The notes below the pieces were generated by a model. That model saw only the letters and a list, made by a program, of their open reading frames with translations, was not told the origin of the DNA and ran no database searches. The translations under genes and the position numbers were made by a program. A stretch of DNA of 64,000 bases from a virus. Its lineage: Duplodnaviria; Caudoviricetes. Positions 36,205-46,733 of the stretch are shown here, piece by piece; the stretch's first letter is position 1, and every line of letters starts with the position of its first letter. Location: the IMG/VR virus record IMGVR_UViG_3300044840_000108, positions 39,980 to 103,979 of that record; one strand, 5' to 3'.

Positions 36205-37377
36205 CTATAGTTCAGACCAGGTGGCGCCAACGAAGGACGAGTAGGTGCGCCCTGGTGTCATGTAGCGTGACCACAGGTGCGGCACGTTGGCGAGTTCAGT
36301 CGAGTACGAGTCCGGGTAATTCGCGGCAGTCGACCGGTTGAGATAGAGGTAGTGGTGCGCCTCGTATCGGATGTTGTTCGATGGGTCCGTGATCCAGGCG
36401 CGTGGATGGTTCTTGGGGAAGAATGGCGCGTGAGACCATTCGTACCCCGATACATGGATCTCCGTGGTGGTGTCAACGGCGCGGATCGCGGTAACGGCGG
36501 CCTGCGATGCGCTCTCCCACATCCGAGATCCTGGTTCGCCAAGTTGTGATATGGGCAGGTCATGGGGCTCGTTCATCAGGGAGTACGCCAGGACTGTGGT
36601 ATTTCCAACAAAAGCGGTGGCAAGCCGAGTCCACAGGTCGGCGAATGCGCCTTGTGGCACGGCTGTTGTGCCAATCGCGAATCGACCAGATGCGAACATA
36701 TACTGGCCATACGAATGACAATCGAGGACCGCCTTCAGTCCGGAGTTGCCTGCGTTGGTCACCGCCTGCTGAAGGCGTCCCAGTTCCGCGACGTTAAGCG
36801 CGACATTGAGACTCGTCTGGATGCGCTCCCACTTGAACGGTATCCGTACGACTGTCGCACCGCGCGACGCGAGGTAGGCGTACGAGCCAACCGGCTCGTA
36901 CCAGTAGTCGGTGCCGTACGTACCGAGCTTGGTGTTGTTGTACACGGAGGCGTTGCCGTTCCCGCCTCCGTCATTGGCATCGGGGCCGAACATGTGCACT
37001 CCCCGCCATGTCGTGCCTCGTGTCATGTTCGCCTCAGCGACCGGAGCCTGTGAGTTGGCCACCGAAATCGATGTCGTAGTGGGGTCGCCCGATGCGCGTG
37101 TGTACATGGTCACTTGACCGGTCGCGCGGCCCGGCGATCCCTGGGCCACGAACCACAGCACGGGAAGCGCCGCCCGATTGCAGGCCACCACCCAAGCCGC
37201 GACGACTCGGTTCCACTGTTGCGGGTCGGCATTCTGGGGCCAGCCGATTTCGGAGATGACTCCTCGCGCACCCTGGGCGCTCAGCCACGAGGTGTAACTG
37301 TTCAGCTCGTTGAGCACACGCTGTACAACGAGGTCCGGGGCGGCTGGTGCGCGAACCGCACGCGCGGTTGCTGTCAT
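36205..37377 (-). CDS. Glycoside hydrolase family 5, circularly permuted
   Basis: RIPFKWERIQ, VLDCHSY, LMNEPH, YEAHHY; nucleophile-type ISEIGWP segment at the N-terminus. Confidence 0.85.
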   Translation of the reverse strand: MTATARAVRAPAAPDLVVQRVLNELNSYTSWLSAQGARGVISEIGWPQNADPQQWNRVVAAWVVACNRAALPVLWFVAQGSPGRATGQVTMYTRASGDPTTTSISVANSQAPVAEANMTRGTTWRGVHMFGPDANDGGGNGNASVYNNTKLGTYGTDYWYEPVGSYAYLASRGATVVRIPFKWERIQTSLNVALNVAELGRLQQAVTNAGNSGLKAVLDCHSYGQYMFASGRFAIGTTAVPQGAFADLWTRLATAFVGNTTVLAYSLMNEPHDLPISQLGEPGSRMWESASQAAVTAIRAVDTTTEIHVSGYEWSHAPFFPKNHPRAWITDPSNNIRYEAHHYLYLNRSTAANYPDSYSTELANVPHLWSRYMTPGRTYSSFVGATWSEL

Positions 37378-38894
37378 CGCATATCCTGCCCGGCAGCGAA
37401 TCCAAACCAGGTCCCTGCCGTGGCGGACAGGAACGAAAGAACGTCTACGGCATTGGGCATCGGACTCGGTACGAATGCCGCGCCACTGCTCCACTTCACG
37501 CCAGTCGGCCACGTCACCGTGCGGCCTCCGGTTGCGTCCTGTCGTAGCACAAGGCTGAACGACTTGCCGATCGTGGTCGCCGGGAAGGTCAATGTGCACG
37601 TGGCGGCTGTCAATGTCAGGTCGTGCAGCGTGGCGACGGTGACATCAGGGATCGTCTGAATACTGCCAGCCGTCGCGACAGTATTTATTGCCTCGGCCAG
37701 TTGCGAGTACCGCGCATCGAGTTGCGCCAGCGGAAGATCGTCGGCACTGATGTACCAGATACCGCTGCTCGCCACGTACTGCACCGTGACGGCCTGCCCC
37801 GGCAACAACAAGGTGAGACTCGTGGGACCTGCGGCGCGGTTGAACACATCCACACCGGCGCACGCCACGGTAACCGCGTTCAGGCCCGTGTCAACCTTCT
37901 TGACGACCAGCCGCGTCTTGTCGGCTGGCGCGCTGGGCAGCGTCACCGCGAATCCGGCTGCCGTTGCGTCGCAGGGCACGAGCTGGTTCGCGACGGCGGC
38001 GTAGGCAGATGTCTGGACCGCTGTCGTGGTCAAGGGCGATGCCTTCGCCGCGATCGCCGTGGTGCTGGCCGCTTCCGCTGCCAGCGCCCGTGTGGCTTCG
38101 GTCGCCGCCGCACCCAGCGCGTCATACCGACCGTCCGCTGTCGCCTGGGTTAGCGCGCCCACGTCCGCCGCGCCCAGTACGACCGCACCAGTGTGGGTGT
38201 TAACCGATGTGACCGGCGCCGTTTGCAGGGCGGTGCCGGCCAGGCCCAAGGATGTCTGCACTGTCGACGTCATGTCGGTCGACGGGATACCGGTGCCTGG
38301 CTTGACATACTTCGCGGCCAGGTCGGTGGCGAGCCCGGCGACCGCTGACTCGGGGATACCGCCGCCGACCGCGACAGTGGGGTTGGTGGTGGTACCGGCG
38401 ACGGTGACAGTGCCGTTGGCGGCAGTGACGGACAGGACCCCAGCCGCAGAGGGGGGCAGTTCGCTGGCTGGGACCTTCCCCGTCACGTCGAGCGATGCGA
38501 CCCCGCTGGCCACGCCCACAGCGGTGAGCGGCACATACACCGCGACCGGGGTTGCACCGGACACGGGGGTCATCGCCGCGAACGTCGTCGGACTAGGGGT
38601 GGACGCGAGAGCGGATTGGAACACCCCGACGTAGGCGTCGGTGGCGACAGCGACCGTGTACACCCAGCCCTGCGGGATGACGTTCGGGTCGTCGGTGGAG
38701 GGCAGGGACACGGTGAACGCGCCGTTGGTGACGGTGGCGATGATCGGCGGGAGGTTCCCGATCACATAGCCGTCGTTGGTGCGGCACGCCTGCGGAATAG
38801 TGAATGTGACCGAACCGGTCGCGCCTACACCCGTGATCGGGTGCAAGATCGTACCGTTGACGGCGACCATGGTGACGGAGCCCGGGAGCGGCAC
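37374..38894 (-). CDS. Tail fibre protein
   Basis: GVASLD..GKVP, KYVKPGTGIP, VTSVNTHTGAVVL, LRQDATGGRTVTWP motifs. Confidence 0.85.
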   Translation of the reverse strand: MPLPGSVTMVAVNGTILHPITGVGATGSVTFTIPQACRTNDGYVIGNLPPIIATVTNGAFTVSLPSTDDPNVIPQGWVYTVAVATDAYVGVFQSALASTPSPTTFAAMTPVSGATPVAVYVPLTAVGVASGVASLDVTGKVPASELPPSAAGVLSVTAANGTVTVAGTTTNPTVAVGGGIPESAVAGLATDLAAKYVKPGTGIPSTDMTSTVQTSLGLAGTALQTAPVTSVNTHTGAVVLGAADVGALTQATADGRYDALGAAATEATRALAAEAASTTAIAAKASPLTTTAVQTSAYAAVANQLVPCDATAAGFAVTLPSAPADKTRLVVKKVDTGLNAVTVACAGVDVFNRAAGPTSLTLLLPGQAVTVQYVASSGIWYISADDLPLAQLDARYSQLAEAINTVATAGSIQTIPDVTVATLHDLTLTAATCTLTFPATTIGKSFSLVLRQDATGGRTVTWPTGVKWSSGAAFVPSPMPNAVDVLSFLSATAGTWFGFAAGQDMR

Positions 38895-38942
38895 GGCTCA
38901 CCCCCGGAACAGTCAGAGTACCCACCAGTAACACTCGATCGT

Positions 38943-39764
38943 TCACTTCGCGAGTTGGGCAGCCAACGCGCTGAAGAACTGGGCCGGCGCGGTGCCTGCC
39001 GGCAGTAGAGGCTTGAGGGCAGTAGCGAGCGGGCCAGCCAGCGTGGCGGCGAGCGCCACGACATCGACCTGGCCACCGGCCGGAACCATCTTGATGGCGG
39101 CGAGGATGGCGGCTTCCTCGGCGGACAGGGCGCCTGCGAGCGCGGCGAGGCTCGCCTGGATCGCGAACCCGGTAGTAACCATCTGTCGCCACATGTCGAC
39201 CGGGTTCCGGCCGTCGAACCGCCAGTTACCGGCCAGTACCGCTTCGAGGTCCGACTGGATGGCGGGATGGTCATCAGGTTGTAGCAGCGCCACGGCTCCT
39301 CCATCAACTCCGGGCCAGTGATCAGCCACCACGGACAGGTCCCACTGGCCGCCCGCGGTCGCTGGGTCGGCGTACTGGTGGGCCACCGCCCCGGCCGGCA
39401 GGATCGGGCCGCCACCGGGATAGCCGGCAACCCAGTAGTGCGGTTCAGCCACCTGGGCTGTCCGGAACGCCGCCCGGACGGCGGGCCACACCGACATCGA
39501 GCAGTACACCGACGGGTCGACCCCGGCCGCGCGACGCTTCTGCACCCACCCGGGGGCCTGCACCGGCGTGGCGTCACCGCGTTCGACGTCCAGGACGTGC
39601 CCGTCGTTGGTGCTGGCGAAGCACGCGATCCGCACGTGCACCGCGCGCGGGAACCGGGCCCAATCGGCTGGTTTCCACGCGTACATGCCGTCCACGTAGC
39701 CGGCGACCATGGCCGCGGCGCGCGGGATCGCAGTGGGGTTGACGCTGTCGTAGAGGGTTCTCAT
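38943..39764 (-). CDS. Endolysin, GH25-like muramidase
   Basis: VLDVERGD...SVYCS...YWVAGY...HQY...DLS. Confidence 0.75.
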   Translation of the reverse strand: MRTLYDSVNPTAIPRAAAMVAGYVDGMYAWKPADWARFPRAVHVRIACFASTNDGHVLDVERGDATPVQAPGWVQKRRAAGVDPSVYCSMSVWPAVRAAFRTAQVAEPHYWVAGYPGGGPILPAGAVAHQYADPATAGGQWDLSVVADHWPGVDGGAVALLQPDDHPAIQSDLEAVLAGNWRFDGRNPVDMWRQMVTTGFAIQASLAALAGALSAEEAAILAAIKMVPAGGQVDVVALAATLAGPLATALKPLLPAGTAPAQFFSALAAQLAK

Positions 39765-40312
39765 CGCGCGCGGTGCAGCATCGATGCGTGGATCACGTCG
39801 ACCCGCGCGCGGGCTTCCGCGGCGACCAGCGGGTCCCGGGTGACGGTGAGTTCGTTGTCCTGCAACGTTTCGCCCGAGGTGGACCAGTTCGTGGATCCGG
39901 ACACCACGTCCAAACCATCCACGATGACCAGCTTCAAATGCATGATCGCGCCACGTTCGGACCGGCCCGCGACCACCGAGTTCGCCGCCAGTGCCGTCTT
40001 GGCGAGCAGGGCCTTTTCGTGGACCCCACCGGCTTGGGATGAGTCCAGGGTGAGCTGCACGTAGCAGTGCTCGTCGTCCAGTTTGGTGTGCAGCACCGCG
40101 GCCAGGTCGTCGTCGTCGAATCCGTACATGGCGACCACGAGACTGGTGGTGGCGGCGCCGATCACCGCGAGCAGGGCAGTGTGCACGTCATCTACCGGCG
40201 AGTAGAAAGTTCGGCGGTTCGGCGGGTAGCCGGGCGGAAACGGGGTTCGTTTGTGCTGGTCAAGTGCCGCCAGGTCAGGTATCGCCACGGCCGTCACCGT
40301 CCCGTGTGTCAT
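39761..40312 (-). CDS. Phospholipase D-family protein (single HKD)
   Basis: [10 protein letters not shown]....GSTNWS....DNE. Confidence 0.88.
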   Translation of the reverse strand: MTHGTVTAVAIPDLAALDQHKRTPFPPGYPPNRRTFYSPVDDVHTALLAVIGAATTSLVVAMYGFDDDDLAAVLHTKLDDEHCYVQLTLDSSQAGGVHEKALLAKTALAANSVVAGRSERGAIMHLKLVIVDGLDVVSGSTNWSTSGETLQDNELTVTRDPLVAAEARARVDVIHASMLHRAR

Positions 40313-40434
40313 CGAGTGGGGGGTAGGTGGTCCAGGACGCGGTGCAGTCGAATGTCAGCGACCGAGTTGGCCTGCAATATGAGCTGCACCGTACTGAAGG
40401 TGATCAACGCGAGGGCGTGCCATTGGCTTCTCGG

Positions 40435-40941
40435 TCATGTCGGCACCGGGCCGTGCAGCGCGCGAAGCAGGGACAGCGGTGTGACTTCGCCTTCCCAGCG
40501 GTTGTCCTGGAACAGGTGGATGTTGGCGCGCTGCGAGATCAGGTCGGCCAGGGCCGAGCACATCTCGTGCCTGGTGGACCTGATGTAGCGGCGCAGGCCG
40601 GGAATCGGGATGTGCAGTCGTTTCGCGGCGATCGCGAAATAGTCCAGCGCGCTGTACGGCGTGCCTTCGCGTGCGCGTCCTTCTCGGTCGGCGTCGGTCC
40701 GCTGCTGGTCGGTGAGTGGCCAATCGGACCAGATGATGTTCGTGTTGGCGTACTCATCTTGGGACCGAATGCGCGCGCCGCCGGGTTCAGCTTCGATGAG
40801 TTGACCGTTGGACAGGGCCATCACGGCGTGCTCGTAGTCCGCGAAGCCGTCCCCGTTGAGCCACTGGCCTATCTTGATCCAGAACCCGGCCGCGCCGTTG
40901 ATCCGGACTAGGCCGAAGTTCCCCGCCGGCTGGGGTGCCAT
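40435..40941 (-). CDS. Permuted papain-like (NlpC/P60, YiiX-like) amidase
   Basis: YEHAVM...LIEAEPGGA...GTPYS...MCSAL (His before Cys); ORF may extend to 41076. Confidence 0.75.
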   Translation of the reverse strand: MAPQPAGNFGLVRINGAAGFWIKIGQWLNGDGFADYEHAVMALSNGQLIEAEPGGARIRSQDEYANTNIIWSDWPLTDQQRTDADREGRAREGTPYSALDYFAIAAKRLHIPIPGLRRYIRSTRHEMCSALADLISQRANIHLFQDNRWEGEVTPLSLLRALHGPVPT

Positions 40942-41072
40942 CACCCACCGCCCAGGCAGCGCGTCGGATGCTCTTCGTTGGACCACGGGCCGGCGCTCGC
41001 CACCAGGGCGAGGTCCGCCGCGTCCGGCCCGGTTCGGGCTCGGCGGCGGTTCGGGCACGCGTAGTTCCTCGA

Positions 41073-41588
41073 TCACCTCAGGTGCGGCAGCAGTACGCTG
41101 AGAATCAGAGCGAGCACCGCCACCACGGCCACGATGTTGCCCAGATCCAGGCGCCGCTCAGACCTGCTCGCGCTGACCCCGCTCGTCGTGCCCTCGCTGC
41201 GATTGATCCGGTCAGCCAGTTCGCCGACCCTGTCGGTGAGCGCCTTCACGGCCTGCTCGGACTTCTCTTCCAGCGAGCCCAGTCGCTGCTCGGCCTCTGC
41301 ACGCGGCATCAACGTGGCGGCCTGGTCGGCGAGCTGACCACGGAATTCGTTGTTGGCGTCGAATCGCTTCTCGGCCGCTGTCTCCGCTTTGATCACCGCG
41401 CGTTCCGTGGCGGCCAGCGCCGCGGCGACAGCCTTTTCTTGCGCCACCAGCGCGGCCTGCACGGCCTTGTCCTGATCGCCGAACCGCTGCCGGGCCAGTT
41501 CCGCCGATGCCGCCAGCATCGCTTCGAGGTGTGTCCGCAGTGTGCTGACTGTCCATCCGCCTGGATCGGGGTCAAGCTGTTTGGCCAT
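41073..41588 (-). CDS. Coiled-coil protein with C-terminal TM (lysis region, holin-associated)
   Basis: Long helix plus terminal TM; AGGAG RBS. Confidence 0.7.
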   Translation of the reverse strand: MAKQLDPDPGGWTVSTLRTHLEAMLAASAELARQRFGDQDKAVQAALVAQEKAVAAALAATERAVIKAETAAEKRFDANNEFRGQLADQAATLMPRAEAEQRLGSLEEKSEQAVKALTDRVGELADRINRSEGTTSGVSASRSERRLDLGNIVAVVAVLALILSVLLPHLR

Positions 41589-41626
41589 CGCGTCTCCTGT
41601 GGAGCATCGCCGGCGTGGCCGTGTCC

Positions 41627-42730
41627 CTACGTGCATTGCCATGGCGCGAACGGCTGCCACGGCGTGCCGGGCGTCGATGAGCTGCCGCGGAAGGTCAGCG
41701 GCTCGTAGTGCAACCCCGCACCGGTCTCGTTGAGCGATCCGGTCCAGAGATCAACACCTTCGTAGGGCTGGCCGTTGATGACCGACACGGTGCGGGGTTG
41801 GCCACCGCAACTGGTCGCAGACAGGTCCCGCCGCCCTGTGACTGGGGGTCCTATCCCGGTGGCGGCGGGCGCGGTCCACGGCCCAGTGACGGTCGGCGCG
41901 GTGGCATAGCCGGTGCCGTCACCGGTGCAGTACCCGCAGTTGGGATCCGAATACGTCAAGATCCACGTCCCACTGGCATCTTGGTAGGCGCCGGGGGATT
42001 CGACGTTGCCGAGCCCCGCCAGGTGGGTGGCGCCGGTCCCGACCCCATCGGTGCCCCAGACGGACAACTGCTCCTCGGACAAGGTTTGGTTGGCATTGGT
42101 GCACAACAGCACCGGCGGCTGGCCGGCCTGCGGCACCAGGGCGAGGTCCCCGTTGCCGCCACACAGGTACAGGGCCGGCTTGTGGGTCGACCCGAACGGC
42201 GGGCCGGCATTCTGCCCACACGGCCCGGCTGGCCCGTTGCAGCCCATTGCGTAGTAGGCGTTCGCGCCCGAGCGCGAATAGTCGACGGGCGCGTTGAACC
42301 ACAAGATCCACACACCGTCGTTCGGGCCCCACCCGGACCGTTGGATCATCCGGGGGTTAAAGCACCCCGCCCCGGTGCCGCCGCACTCCACTTGCCACGT
42401 GGTGCCGGTCCACGGATCGATATCCGACGGTTTTACCAGCAAGGCGGGCGTGGCCCAGTGCACCATGTCGGTGGAGGTTGACACCCCAAACCCGCACCAC
42501 GGCGTGTTGGCGCGCTGCCAGGTGAAGCCGCAGGCGTATTCGGTGCCGTACAGGTAGGTGACCCCACCGACCTGGGTGACCATCCCGTCGTGCAAGTCGA
42601 CCCCGGTCACGTCCACCAGGCCACCGACCGCGACCTGAACCGTCACCGACGCGCCCGCCTGTGACCCCAGCCCGGCGAGCACCATCAACACTGCGGTCAC
42701 CACCGCCAGGCGCCACACCCGGCCGGTCAC
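41627..42730 (-). CDS. Secreted five-bladed beta-propeller glycosidase (GH43-like)
   Basis: Signal peptide; DLHDG...YLYGT...STSTDMVHW...ESPG...ATAPTVTGPW. Confidence 0.75.
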   Translation of the reverse strand: MTGRVWRLAVVTAVLMVLAGLGSQAGASVTVQVAVGGLVDVTGVDLHDGMVTQVGGVTYLYGTEYACGFTWQRANTPWCGFGVSTSTDMVHWATPALLVKPSDIDPWTGTTWQVECGGTGAGCFNPRMIQRSGWGPNDGVWILWFNAPVDYSRSGANAYYAMGCNGPAGPCGQNAGPPFGSTHKPALYLCGGNGDLALVPQAGQPPVLLCTNANQTLSEEQLSVWGTDGVGTGATHLAGLGNVESPGAYQDASGTWILTYSDPNCGYCTGDGTGYATAPTVTGPWTAPAATGIGPPVTGRRDLSATSCGGQPRTVSVINGQPYEGVDLWTGSLNETGAGLHYEPLTFRGSSSTPGTPWQPFAPWQCT

Positions 42731-43239
42731 GGCGCGGCCCGGATCGTGTCCGCCACTACCGGGGCCAGCCGGGCGACCTGCACGTCGGGCCCGTCACTGG
42801 ATCCGGATTCGGTGCGGTTGGGGTGATCCACCGTCACCACCGTGAACAGGTCCCTGTTCACCGCGACCTGCATCCCCGGGGCCAGGAACCGGTCGTAATG
42901 GCCCTCTTCCAAGATTTCGTCGGTGTGGTGGTGCACGGCTTGCACGGCCGCCTTGGCCGGCAGGTGGGTGTAGGTCGACAGGTGCCGCGCCAGGTCGTGA
43001 TGTACCGGCCGGTCCGTCTCCACCACCAACGTGATCGTTTTGCGGTCCGGGGACACCGTCGCCGACACCAAACGGTGCTGGTAGGCGTCGTCCAAACCGG
43101 GCACGTGCACCGCGTGCCCCAGCAGGTAGTCCCATGCGGTAGCCGTGAACCCGACGTGGTCACACACCGGGTCGCCAACTCGTTGGCAGTCGGTGCACGA
43201 CGGGGCGCCCTCGTAGGCGAGGGACACCGCAGTGGTCAT
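42727..43239 (-). CDS. Hypothetical protein
   Basis: Coupled ORF. Confidence 0.65.
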   Translation of the reverse strand: MTTAVSLAYEGAPSCTDCQRVGDPVCDHVGFTATAWDYLLGHAVHVPGLDDAYQHRLVSATVSPDRKTITLVVETDRPVHHDLARHLSTYTHLPAKAAVQAVHHHTDEILEEGHYDRFLAPGMQVAVNRDLFTVVTVDHPNRTESGSSDGPDVQVARLAPVVADTIRAAP

Positions 43240-43259
43240 CGACACGAAACCCTCCCCTT

Positions 43260-43838
43260 TTATGCTGGCGCGGCGATAAAGAACGCCGACAGGAACGACC
43301 CGCCATACAGCAAGCTGGTGTTGATGGCGCCACCCGTGTTGTGCAGCGTGTCCAGATAGACAGTGGCCCCGACCGCCAGATTCGCGACGAACCATGCCGC
43401 CGAAGTGGGCCCGTTGCCCGCGGTCATAAACGGCACATCCGTGTTGGACACCGAATTCGTGCCGGGCGTGGTGCCATTGATCATAATGTTCCCGCGGGAC
43501 ACGATGCCAAGCGTCGCGCCTGCGGTCACCGGATACCTGACCTGCCCAAACAGGTAGTAGATCCCCGCCACCTGGATGGTGATCTGCGCCGGCTGGCTCC
43601 CCACCCACATGTTTCCGACATTCACCGGGGCCGCGTTGAAAGTCACCAACGTGGCGACGCTGTTCGCGACGGACTGCACCACGGTTTGCACAGCCATACA
43701 CGCCGGGCGCTGCGTATTAAACGCACCCTGGTTATAGGTGTACAGGTTGGTGAGATTCGCGGCCAGCGCATTCAGGTCGGCCTGGTGGACCACGGTACCG
43801 TCGGTGAACGACGGAATCACGGGCGAAGGAACACCCAC
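43260..43838 (-). CDS. Minor tail protein
   Basis: PSFTDGTVVHQADLN; ITIQVAGIYYL. Confidence 0.78.
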   Translation of the reverse strand: MGVPSPVIPSFTDGTVVHQADLNALAANLTNLYTYNQGAFNTQRPACMAVQTVVQSVANSVATLVTFNAAPVNVGNMWVGSQPAQITIQVAGIYYLFGQVRYPVTAGATLGIVSRGNIMINGTTPGTNSVSNTDVPFMTAGNGPTSAAWFVANLAVGATVYLDTLHNTGGAINTSLLYGGSFLSAFFIAAPA

Positions 43839-43859
43839 AGGCCATTCACCCCCAACGGT

Positions 43860-46718
43860 CTAAAACACGGGGACGGTGGTGGTACCCAAAACCCCGTAGG
43901 TGGCATCACCCAAAATCCACCCGGTCGAATTGAAGACCGGGGAGCATTGCAGGCTGACGGTCCAGGTCCCGGCGGCCCCGTCGATGTGGTGCCCGATCTG
44001 CTCGATGTAGTAGTCAGCGGTAGTCGTGAGGCCGGCGGAAGTGCGGCGTTTTACCGTGACCCGCTGACTGATCTCCAACGAGAGCACCACGGGCCACAAC
44101 GCCGGGTTCGACGACGGGTCCAAGGTCAGCGTGTCAACCCGAACCACCGGCGCGCCGTACCGCGACAGGTAGAAGATACTGGCCTGGGTCAAGTCGAAGT
44201 CGGTGTTGACTTGCACCTGCTGCGACAGGACCCGCTGGCCGTAGGCGGGGTTCGTGGGCAGCGGGTGGGGGAGCGGACCAAACGCGGAGTTCGCCGGCCG
44301 GGTCAAGTTGGTCTGCGAAAACGTATAGGTCGGGTCGTATGCCTCTTCCAGCGCCAGGTACGGGTATTCGGCGGGGCTGGCGCCGGCCGGGTTCTCCCCG
44401 AACACCCACAGGGCGGTTTGGGTCTTGTACCGGCTGACGGAGTCCTCGAACACGACGACACCAGCGGCGGACGCGTACACCAGACCCCGCTCGGTTTCCT
44501 GGATTTCTTGCAGCACGTCCAAAACGAACCGCGAGTTGTAGGAGTAGTCCGGCGCCATCTGCCGCTTCCCCGCGGCCACCGCGGTCGCACCAGACCAGTA
44601 CTGGGCCAACAGCCGGGCGACCCGGGCACCGGACACCTCGTTGATGTAGCCGGCACCCCGGTTGTAGTGCGAGAGCAGTTGCGCATTGGTCAGTGGCGTG
44701 GGATAGCACGCCCAATTAGCGACCGACACCGTGCACACCGGATCGCCCGTGTAGGTTTGGCAGTCAACGAAAAAGTTGTTCAACGTGACGGCGGTCGTCG
44801 GGGTGATGGTGGCGGTGCCACCAATAACGTTGTCGGTGACCGCGTTCAGCCCGTTGGCGCCGGGTAGCCGGATCGCCAGGTAGTGCCACTGCCCGTCGGG
44901 GTATCCGATATAGGTTCCGGACGCGGGAATACCACCGATAGAGAACGCGTTGGTGGGGTCGTTGTAATACCAGTTGAGGCGCCCGGCACTCGTGTACCAA
45001 CCCACGAAAAAGCTGGGCCCGAACGGCTCAACGTTCACAGCCTCGGTGTACGGAACGGCCCCGGCCCCGAGGTACATCGCGCCTGCCGCCGCCTTGACCC
45101 ACACCTCGATCGTGAACGATTGTGGCAGCATGGTGATAGCGCCGTTGTTGGTGCCCAGATATGTGATGTAGGCCGTGTTCGAGGCGACAGGTGGAGTGGC
45201 GTTCTGCTGGGTCACCGTGACCGCTGACGCCCCGTCCAGGAACGTGTCGCCGCCGAAGGACACCGCCCCTTGCGTACCCAGGTTCTGGTACCCCAGGAAT
45301 GGGGTTCCACCCTGGGGGAGCTGTACGGTCTGCGGCAGCGCCTGGTCGCTGTACGGGATCGCGACGTACGGCGCGTCCGCGGCGATGGTCGCGGCATAGG
45401 ACTGGTTGATTTCGGTACGCGACAGGATCGATAGCGCGTCGACGCAGGTGAGGGGCCGGATCCCGCGGGTGCCTTGCATGTCCCATTGGAGTGGGTACCG
45501 CTCGATGTACCCGGTGTACAGCGGGTACCAGGTGGGACCGCTGGTGGTGTACGCGCTGGCTGACCCGGTGGCCTCCAACTGGATGTCGTCGACGTAGAAC
45601 ACCGCCGGATAGCCGGATCCGGTGACGGACCAGGTGGCGGTGGTGATCGCGTCGGTGGCGGTGAAGGTGATCGCCAGCCGCTGGTAGGACCCGACCCCGA
45701 CGGTGGACACGTTGGCGGCGCCGACCGCGAGTTTCGCGACCGTCCCCGCCCCGATAGCCTGCACATACGCCGACACGGTGTAGGTCACGCCAGGCACCGT
45801 TGGCAGCGGCGCGGCCACCGTGTTCGAGCTGGCGGGGGCGGACACCTTCAGGTGGTACTGGCCGGTACGGGGCGCCACCGTCGCATACGTGGTGGTCGGT
45901 GCTCCGGTGCTGGACCAGCCCGGTTGCGCACCCGCCAGTTGCCAGTTCGACACGTAGAACGTGACCGGGAACGATCCGGACGGGGCGAGCGCGTACAGCA
46001 CGGCGGGCGCGGTGATGTCCGCCGCGGTCGGCGTGAATGTCACCGAGGCCGACTGGAACGCGTTGTTCCCGGTGATCGCGGTCGTGACCGGGGTCGAACC
46101 GTTCCACCCGATGGTGACGGCCTGGCTGGTCGCGGCCCACACATCCACGGTCGCCGTGTAGGTGGCACCGGACACCAACCGGGGAATCCACCCCGCGTTG
46201 TTGGTAGCCGCGGCGACGATCACCTTCCACACCGTGTGGGTGCCATCCAGATGATCGGTTGACGTCCCGTAGGTCGTGCCGGCCGTGTTGCGTTGCTGGA
46301 CGAACCAGCTCTCCCACGACGGGTCCCACCCGTACGCCGCGAACAGCAGCGGTTGGCCGGGGATCGGGTTCGCCGTGTTGAGAAGGTTCCCGGCCACGTT
46401 TTGGCTCGCCGGGTTCCACCACGCCCCAACCTGCACACACCGGTAGCTGGTGATCGTGTTGCCGCCCGTGTTGAACGGGCTGGACCCGTTGGAGGGGTGC
46501 AACTGCTCCAGCGGGTCGACCACGGTCAGCGAGCACGTCCCGGCCTGTACCTGGTCCAGCTCGTACTGGCGGCCGCGTTGCATGTCGGCGGCCCGCACCG
46601 CGGTACGCCGCGATGGCGCGTTGAGGGATACCGCGTTGGCGCCCGGTACGTTCGGCGGCCCCTGGGTGAAGTCGGCGTTGTACGCCATCAACGGCCAGTT
46701 CGGGTTGAGGGCGACCAC
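43860..46718 (-). CDS. Large tail/baseplate protein with CBM- and LamG-like domains
   Basis: RGRQYELDQVQAGT; position after tape measure; WILGDATYGVLG. Confidence 0.85.
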   Translation of the reverse strand: MVALNPNWPLMAYNADFTQGPPNVPGANAVSLNAPSRRTAVRAADMQRGRQYELDQVQAGTCSLTVVDPLEQLHPSNGSSPFNTGGNTITSYRCVQVGAWWNPASQNVAGNLLNTANPIPGQPLLFAAYGWDPSWESWFVQQRNTAGTTYGTSTDHLDGTHTVWKVIVAAATNNAGWIPRLVSGATYTATVDVWAATSQAVTIGWNGSTPVTTAITGNNAFQSASVTFTPTAADITAPAVLYALAPSGSFPVTFYVSNWQLAGAQPGWSSTGAPTTTYATVAPRTGQYHLKVSAPASSNTVAAPLPTVPGVTYTVSAYVQAIGAGTVAKLAVGAANVSTVGVGSYQRLAITFTATDAITTATWSVTGSGYPAVFYVDDIQLEATGSASAYTTSGPTWYPLYTGYIERYPLQWDMQGTRGIRPLTCVDALSILSRTEINQSYAATIAADAPYVAIPYSDQALPQTVQLPQGGTPFLGYQNLGTQGAVSFGGDTFLDGASAVTVTQQNATPPVASNTAYITYLGTNNGAITMLPQSFTIEVWVKAAAGAMYLGAGAVPYTEAVNVEPFGPSFFVGWYTSAGRLNWYYNDPTNAFSIGGIPASGTYIGYPDGQWHYLAIRLPGANGLNAVTDNVIGGTATITPTTAVTLNNFFVDCQTYTGDPVCTVSVANWACYPTPLTNAQLLSHYNRGAGYINEVSGARVARLLAQYWSGATAVAAGKRQMAPDYSYNSRFVLDVLQEIQETERGLVYASAAGVVVFEDSVSRYKTQTALWVFGENPAGASPAEYPYLALEEAYDPTYTFSQTNLTRPANSAFGPLPHPLPTNPAYGQRVLSQQVQVNTDFDLTQASIFYLSRYGAPVVRVDTLTLDPSSNPALWPVVLSLEISQRVTVKRRTSAGLTTTADYYIEQIGHHIDGAAGTWTVSLQCSPVFNSTGWILGDATYGVLGTTTVPVF

Positions 46719-46733
46719 CAGGCCACCCCCCGA

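Noticed and set aside
38915-38945. Fourth copy of the repeated promoter (TGTTACTGGTGGG, minus strand)
   Set aside because: Partial match only, with no -35 at 17-bp spacing
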